Shown here piece after piece: positions 57,622 to 64,000 of a stretch of DNA of 64,000 nt. Within the stretch, counting starts at the first letter, position 1; each line of letters begins with the position of its first letter. A program made the position numbers and the translations under genes. Source of the stretch: Adineta vaga (taxonomy: Eukaryota; Animalia; Rotifera); NCBI GenBank assembly GCA_021613535.1, contig CP075492.1:9734001-9798000 (forward strand). Reading direction: 5' to 3'. The notes under the pieces were generated by a model. The model ran no database searches. It had not been told where the DNA came from and saw only the letters and a list, made by a program, of their open reading frames with translations.

Positions 57622-59119
57622 CGAATAGCATGAAGTTCACTGTTAGAATCAAGCAAACATACTTTCAAGTTCCTATAAAAATTTGATTTATTTGTGCATG
57701 CATATATTTCACTTTTTGTCATTCTCTTTCGTTCGTCAGTTTGTTTTTTTTCTTTCTTCCATTGCAATAATAAAGAATATGCAGAATACTCACAAACGAA
57801 TGTTCTCTCTCTGAAGAAATATATGTGTGAAAAGAGAACGAAAAGTTTGAAAAATTTGCTTAGTTATGTCGCATGATAGTCACGAAAAAAGAAATGCATT
57901 AACATGTACCAGTGCTCTTCTTATTCAATGTGACATTAAGACTGAAAGTTGTGACTATACTTTTATTATAAGGTAAGAGTAACAACGTTGTGAACAAGTT
58001 CGAATGAAAGAAAGAAAAAAAAACGGCAATTGTACAAGAATTCATATCAAAATGAATAAGATGTCTGCGAAGTTTGGTGAAATTGTTCTACTGCTTCGAT
58101 CGATTGTAGTATTTGTTAGATTGAGTAACAAAAAAAGAATATTAGAATTTAACAAGCAGTTAGTATCAAAAACAAGATAGAAAAAGTCAAATAAGGTAAA
58201 CTCTTTTTGAATATTCAATTACGAAGTATTCTGAGAATTTTCAGACAGTTTTCTTCTTCTCTAGATGTCCTTTAAGGTAGTTTTATAATTTCATACAATT
58301 TTATAAAATTAAATAAGATTATCATCTTTCGTATGTATATAGTATATGTTTCTTTTTGGTGAGATTATATCATATATCATGCTATAACAACATGATTACT
58401 GCTCTTGTCAATATTAGTGCCTAATAAGTGTTTACTAAAATTCTTCTGTCGATTAAAGTTCTATTGACAAAATCAATATCAATGCATTTTATTCCTTTGT
58501 ATAAATTCCTTAAAGATCAATTGATTAAATATCGTCCTTACACTTTCAGTAAAATAAATGAATGTAAAAGTTCATATGGAGATAAAACGAATTACGAAAA
58601 ATTTCTATTTATATATTTTATGACATTTGGCCAATCGTTTCTTCAATTACCTATGTTCAACAATATCCCGATGTATAATTGCATCTATATGATTCTACCA
58701 CAAAATATGACAATCTTTCTATTAAACAGGTGATTTTCTAAAACTATGCGAGATGCGTGTATGCGTAGGACAAGAGTTTTTCTTTGTTTTCATAGACCTC
58801 CGATAGAACGGTAAACACACATTCTTTTTTTTGTTCAAACAAAAACTTCCGCAAGCTGCAAACGTGTCGTTTTTATATGAGAAGGAAACTAGATATTTTT
58901 TTCAAATAAACTTACCCTTTGTCATTTATTTATTCGTAGAAAAACTGACAATTAGCATGAAGAGTTCATAATGTTATTCTATTCAGTTTGACCAACTCCA
59001 TCTAACTATATAAAAGCATACCAAAGGAAAAGATCATCTTTTATGATCTTCAGTCTATAAAATATTTCATATTTTTTTAAAATCTATTCCTCTATTTTAG
59101 TAGATAGAAAGAACAAAAT

Positions 59120-59908
59120 ATGCTTCTATCTGTGAATGAAAACTTAATCTATTTCCAGTTAAAATCAATCATTCTTTTTACTCTATCGATTCTTGCTGCT
59201 GGACTAGTTATTTCTATTGGCCTTGTGACATCCACACAAGTTTCGGGTTATCATTTACAGAATATGTACTTTCCAGTACAGAAAAATAGTTGTACATGTG
59301 ATTGTTGGGATGGATTTTTTCGTGGAAGACATTCACGTGGTGGCTATAAAACATTTTATTTCAATTATGAACAACAAACAATAACGATACTATGTATCCT
59401 TCTTTTCTATGCTGAACTTTTACGGCATGTTTTATTAAATATGATCTTACGAAAGCAATTCATCTTAGTATTATTAATTCCTTCTATATATTCGAATTTC
59501 TATGGTGTTTGGTCAATTATTAACTATCTTAATGATCATGATTATGTACGAATGTTGAAATCACAAATTTATTTTTCATCGACCGAATTAATTGCTAGTT
59601 ACATCTTCTATCAATGTTTATTAATACGAAATAAATTACAAATCCCAATATGGTGTATTTATCTTTTATCAACAATCGCTTCATTACATATTATTATAGC
59701 TTTTAGTGAATTAAATGCTGATCAATTAGGAAGAAATATTGGTTTGCTCTTATCGGATATTATTAATTTGACTTGGATAATAGTATTTTTTATAAAAAAT
59801 TCAAAATTACGACCAAATATGCGAACAATATGTATCTGGTTGTTGATTGCTTTAGGTTTATGGTTATTCTATCATATTGTTTGTCCATTTCGTGAGAAAT
59901 CAAACTGA
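59120..59908 (+). CDS. Uncharacterised multi-pass membrane protein (5' end uncertain)
   Basis: 262-aa ORF with several hydrophobic segments and a CTCDCWDGFFRG motif. An acceptor-like tttccag at ~59158 suggests an upstream exon. Confidence 0.72.
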   Translation: MLLSVNENLIYFQLKSIILFTLSILAAGLVISIGLVTSTQVSGYHLQNMYFPVQKNSCTCDCWDGFFRGRHSRGGYKTFYFNYEQQTITILCILLFYAELLRHVLLNMILRKQFILVLLIPSIYSNFYGVWSIINYLNDHDYVRMLKSQIYFSSTELIASYIFYQCLLIRNKLQIPIWCIYLLSTIASLHIIIAFSELNADQLGRNIGLLLSDIINLTWIIVFFIKNSKLRPNMRTICIWLLIALGLWLFYHIVCPFREKSN

Positions 59909-61500
59909 TTCTTTTTGATAAGTATCAGATGTCAATGGAATGAATATATTGACTTCTGTAGATATGTATAAATAGCAGAGTATTTTTGCATATTAATGAC
60001 ATAAACATCTCGAAAACAAAAAATAAAGAGTATATTGAAGAAATTCTGGTTTTTTTCAAGCACAACTGATTTGATGTGTTTATATTTTTCACATGTGTTT
60101 ATACAAACATAATCAGCAAAAATGTGTCCTATTCTCTATTTTGATGAATCCATCTACGACTCATGTCAATCAACAAGCAAGTAAAAAAAACGATATATAG
60201 TTTTAATCTTATCGCACCTCCAAACTGGTGTATTGATTGATATCAAGATTCTACTCTCTTTTATCCAACAATATGCTTTTTTTTCTCTCAATAAAGTTAC
60301 AAATGAATACAATTTGCCTGAAAATATTCACAAAGAAACAGAGAGAGAGAGAAAAAGAAACGAGAATATCATAAATCAATTGGATTCATATATAAATATT
60401 CTTTACATATCATTGTTAGATCCTTAACCTACAGTAAAACCCTTTTGGGTACTGTTATTCATCAGGAGAAAATGACTTCGGTAGTACAAAATAATGATCA
60501 ATTTTATAGTGAAAAAGAAAGACAGAGAAACTACTTTTTGCGTCATTATAAATAAGTAAAATGCGTTTTCTCTCTCTTTCTACTTTTCATCTTTGTAGCA
60601 TATTGAAACGTATTCATGCAATCAAGTGAGTTTTTTCTTGCCAGTCTAAGTTTATTAAATTTTTGAAGTTTGTATGAGTTTTCTTCCATTTTATTCTTCT
60701 ATTATTGCCGCCAGGTATTTTTATTCTAGCATCGGGAAATGAGACACTTGAATTATATTCCCCTAAATGATCTTGACTAGTGAATTCCAATCTTTGTTTA
60801 GCAATAGAAGAAATTAATGGTGTTTCTTTCTTAGTTCGCCTTCGAAATTGACATGTGACAATTGTCTGTCCTTTTTTTGTCATTAGAGTATATCATTGTT
60901 GGTAAAGAGGTTGAGTAAACTAATAGACCTCTTCTTCTTCGTTGTTTTACGAGAAATAGTTTAGCATATTGTTTCATAAGTTTGATTTTCTCTTCGTTGG
61001 TTTCGACTGCTTTTCTTTTAAGTAAGTAACAATCGTTTTTTGATGAAATAAATACATGTATATATATATTGTATTTACATCTAATGATCTACATCAAGGT
61101 TACAAATAGATTTGACTAAATGTAGAAATAACAATGCATAATCGACTGATAAATCAATATTTGAATTATATTGAGATATTTCGAATGATTTACTAGTTTG
61201 AAAGCTTAGTAAATATTTTCTTATGATTTCTTTAAAACTTATCCTCTAATCATAAGTAGAATCAAGGACGTATGCTTCATTATATAGGAAAGAACGGTCA
61301 TTGTTTTATGTTTTCGTCGGGCATTTACGACTTATCATAACACATGTCACACACACACACAAATATACATAAAAATGATTATCTGAAGGTTAGTTAATCG
61401 TCATGAAAATTTGTCATACATCTGCTTAGATTCTCGTGTGTTTCTTTTCTTTTGCTATCCTATCTATCGCTCAGTTTGACATACTTACAATTATTATTCA

Positions 61501-62721
61501 ATGCCTTCGAATTATATCCTTTGTTCCAGATGTTCTAATTTAATTTTAATAGATATGACAACGTCAATTATAGTCAATAGTCCATCGGATGAAGAACTTA
61601 GAGTAACAACTGAACAGCAGCAATTCTTACATCCACCATTATCTGATTTACCGCCAACATTTAAACCTCTCCCACAAAGTATTCGTAGATCCATTGAAAT
61701 AGATCGAAGACAACATTTATCTCATGCTCGCTCAACATCAGATTTTCTTAATATTAATCAATCATCTATTGATACAACTGATGATGATTTATATGATCAT
61801 TACGCAACGATAACAACAACAACAACAAATTTAAATAAACAACGTTCATTGATTGTTTCACAAAAACGACGATCACCGACTGAATTACGTTTAATATTAA
61901 CACCGGATATATCTCGTCGACATTTTACAAATCATACGAATGAATTATCACCTTCAACAGAAGATAATGATTCACATCATTCTGATCCATCATTAGTTTA
62001 TAGTAAATCTTTGAAACAGAGTCGAACAGAACAATTACGTCGTCATATTCTTGAACGTCGTATTGGTCGACGAATACATTCAACATTTTCATCATCATCA
62101 TCCACGTTACGTTCATTAGGTCGACGTCTTCCATTACAAACTCTTTCTCCACGTTCCAATCGTCAACAACCAAATTATCTATCACGAAATTCAAAATGGC
62201 ATTTCGTTCGTACCCATCTCAGTGATATTGCTATGATGAATGAATCTTATGCTCGTATGCAAACACTTGAACGTGATCTACGTTGGATACATTTACGTGA
62301 ATTAATTCGTAAACAAGTATTAGAAATGCGAGAAATGTCCATACTTCGTCAACAATATGATGGTACATTGAAGAAATCACCAAAAAGTGCTTTAGAATTA
62401 AAAGCTATTCCATTGAATGAAGTTGTTCATGTTGAACGTGATGGTCGAGTATATTCAATTAGTACACGTGATCTTGTTCTCGGTCGATCGATCAATGATG
62501 AAGATGTTCAATTAGATACATTTGCTCAATTAGATGCACGACGAAAATTTCAAACGAAACAAAGTCTTTTAAAACAACAAGAAGGACGAACACGTTTGAA
62601 AAAAAATATTGCCTTTTCATTTTGTCTATGTAATTTATCATTTATAGGTCTTATGTTTGCTGCAATGTTCATTTTTGCTATGAAAACAATTATGGATATG
62701 AGAACAAGAGATTTCTTTTAA
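61501..62721 (+). CDS. Uncharacterised Ser/Arg-rich protein with one C-terminal TM helix (tail-anchored); true start probably ATG 61555 or an upstream mini-exon at 60616
   Basis: 406-aa ORF ending in hydrophobic IAFSFCLCNLSFIGLMFAAMFIFAM; acceptor ttaatag at 61552. Confidence 0.78.
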   Translation: MPSNYILCSRCSNLILIDMTTSIIVNSPSDEELRVTTEQQQFLHPPLSDLPPTFKPLPQSIRRSIEIDRRQHLSHARSTSDFLNINQSSIDTTDDDLYDHYATITTTTTNLNKQRSLIVSQKRRSPTELRLILTPDISRRHFTNHTNELSPSTEDNDSHHSDPSLVYSKSLKQSRTEQLRRHILERRIGRRIHSTFSSSSSTLRSLGRRLPLQTLSPRSNRQQPNYLSRNSKWHFVRTHLSDIAMMNESYARMQTLERDLRWIHLRELIRKQVLEMREMSILRQQYDGTLKKSPKSALELKAIPLNEVVHVERDGRVYSISTRDLVLGRSINDEDVQLDTFAQLDARRKFQTKQSLLKQQEGRTRLKKNIAFSFCLCNLSFIGLMFAAMFIFAMKTIMDMRTRDFF

Positions 62722-63662
62722 TATAAACTTATTTTCTTAATTAAAGTATCAAAACGAGAATGCGAACAAAAATCTATCGTTCCTTTCTTTCTTTCTTTTT
62801 TTTTGTATATAATATTGAATTACTTCATGGTAAAATAATGCACATGTATATGAGATTTTAATGATAAGAGAAATCGAATAAGGTTGTGATTTATTAAAAT
62901 ATTCTGTCTATGATTTATATTTGATCAGAGAAAAGAAAATGACGAACTTTGGTCTATAAGCTTATTGACTTTGTATGTACGATACATGAATGAATTTATT
63001 AAAAAATAATCTCTTCAACGTTTTCCCTATATATGAAGTTCATATATGCAATAATAACAAAGAATAGTTTGGATTCAATCAAACATGTCATCTTTATGTT
63101 CTTTTTCGTTTGTCCTTCCGTTTCTCTACATAATCGAAAAGCTGTAAAATGTGTCACACATGCGTTTTTTCTTTTCGTCATTTTCCTTCTTTCTTTTTTG
63201 TGCTGGTCTATTATAAATACAACTGATTCTTTCTGTTGTCTACAAATCGTACAACAAGAACAACCTTTACTTCTTGTTTCTTTTATCATCATCATATCGA
63301 TTTCTTAGTCTGTCGTTCTTGTTGTTTCTTTTTCTCACCAGCATATAAAATAAATCATTCATTTCTTTCCTAGTATCAGCCTACACACCCATCATTTTAC
63401 TTGTTTTATAGCGACAGATTACTTCTATCCCTAATAACATACAGTATGTATCATCAGTTTTGACAAACGATTACCATCTTTATTAGATTGAATCAACGAT
63501 GATGATGATGCGTGTGAATCATTCTGTTTCATGTAAGCAAAAAGAAAAACATGACGAATTGTAATCATAATAGTTACCCTACCTTTCATTCTCTTTTTCT
63601 TTTTCTTCGTTTTTTTTATTTATTTCATATTGATTGAATTCGTGTGCGTGCATACTTGAAAT

Positions 63663-64000
63663 ATGGTAAGTTGTCAAAAGGTGAATTTTACATGTTTAAC
63701 TTTAAAGTTTAATTTTCTACGTAGCGTTTACGTGGTTTCTTTCGTAGTCAACCGAATGATGAACGAAAATTAACTGCATCTATCATACCAGTACTCGATA
63801 CAAATACATTCATTAATGCTGCTTTAGAAAAAGATGTAGGAACATTGCAAAAGTATCTTCTCGCAGGTAATAATTCATGAATTATAATCATATGATATTC
63901 AATCTCATTACAGGTTTTCCACCGGATCAAGCCGATCCGATAACAAAAGTAACTGCATTACATAATGCTGTTGAAACAGCTAATCTTCGTGCTATTCAAT
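63663..64000 (+). CDS. Ankyrin-repeat protein, 5' part (runs off the window)
   Basis: ATG|gtaagt, then exons giving RLRGFFRSQPNDERK..FINAALEKDVGTLQKYLLA|GFPPDQADPITKVTALHNAVETANLRAIQ. Confidence 0.75.

Overview
AT-rich eukaryotic DNA, gene-dense, with many short (~50-65 nt) spliceosomal introns and metazoan-type genes. This profile fits a bdelloid rotifer, but that is inference. Genes, left to right: 3' part of a TOX-type HMG-box gene (+), GAPDH (+), mitochondrial RNA polymerase POLRMT (-), ANKRD42-like (-), atlastin (+), ZNF541-like C2H2/ELM2-SANT (+), SLC22 transporter (-), two NRARP-like genes bracketing an LRR-like membrane gene, ADCY10-like soluble adenylyl cyclase (-), GOPC (-), Cys-type SelT (-), a ~5 kb gene-poor stretch, an orphan ORF (+), an atypical Ras-family GTPase (-), a secreted LRR protein (-), a secreted Asp/Tyr/Lys repeat protein (+), two uncharacterised membrane proteins (+) and the start of an ankyrin gene (+). 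The main observations are: (1) a 310-bp perfect inverted repeat that covers almost exactly the NRARP-like coding exon and encloses a 5.7-kb, potentially invertible segment; (2) a secreted precursor, missed by the ORF track, with 26-aa repeats separated by Gly-Arg-Arg; (3) a 1-nt frameshift just after the catalytic motif of POLRMT; (4) GAPDH and POLRMT stop codons only 15 bp apart; (5) a GC-AG intron beside the SelT redox motif. All gene models were spliced by eye and no database search was run.
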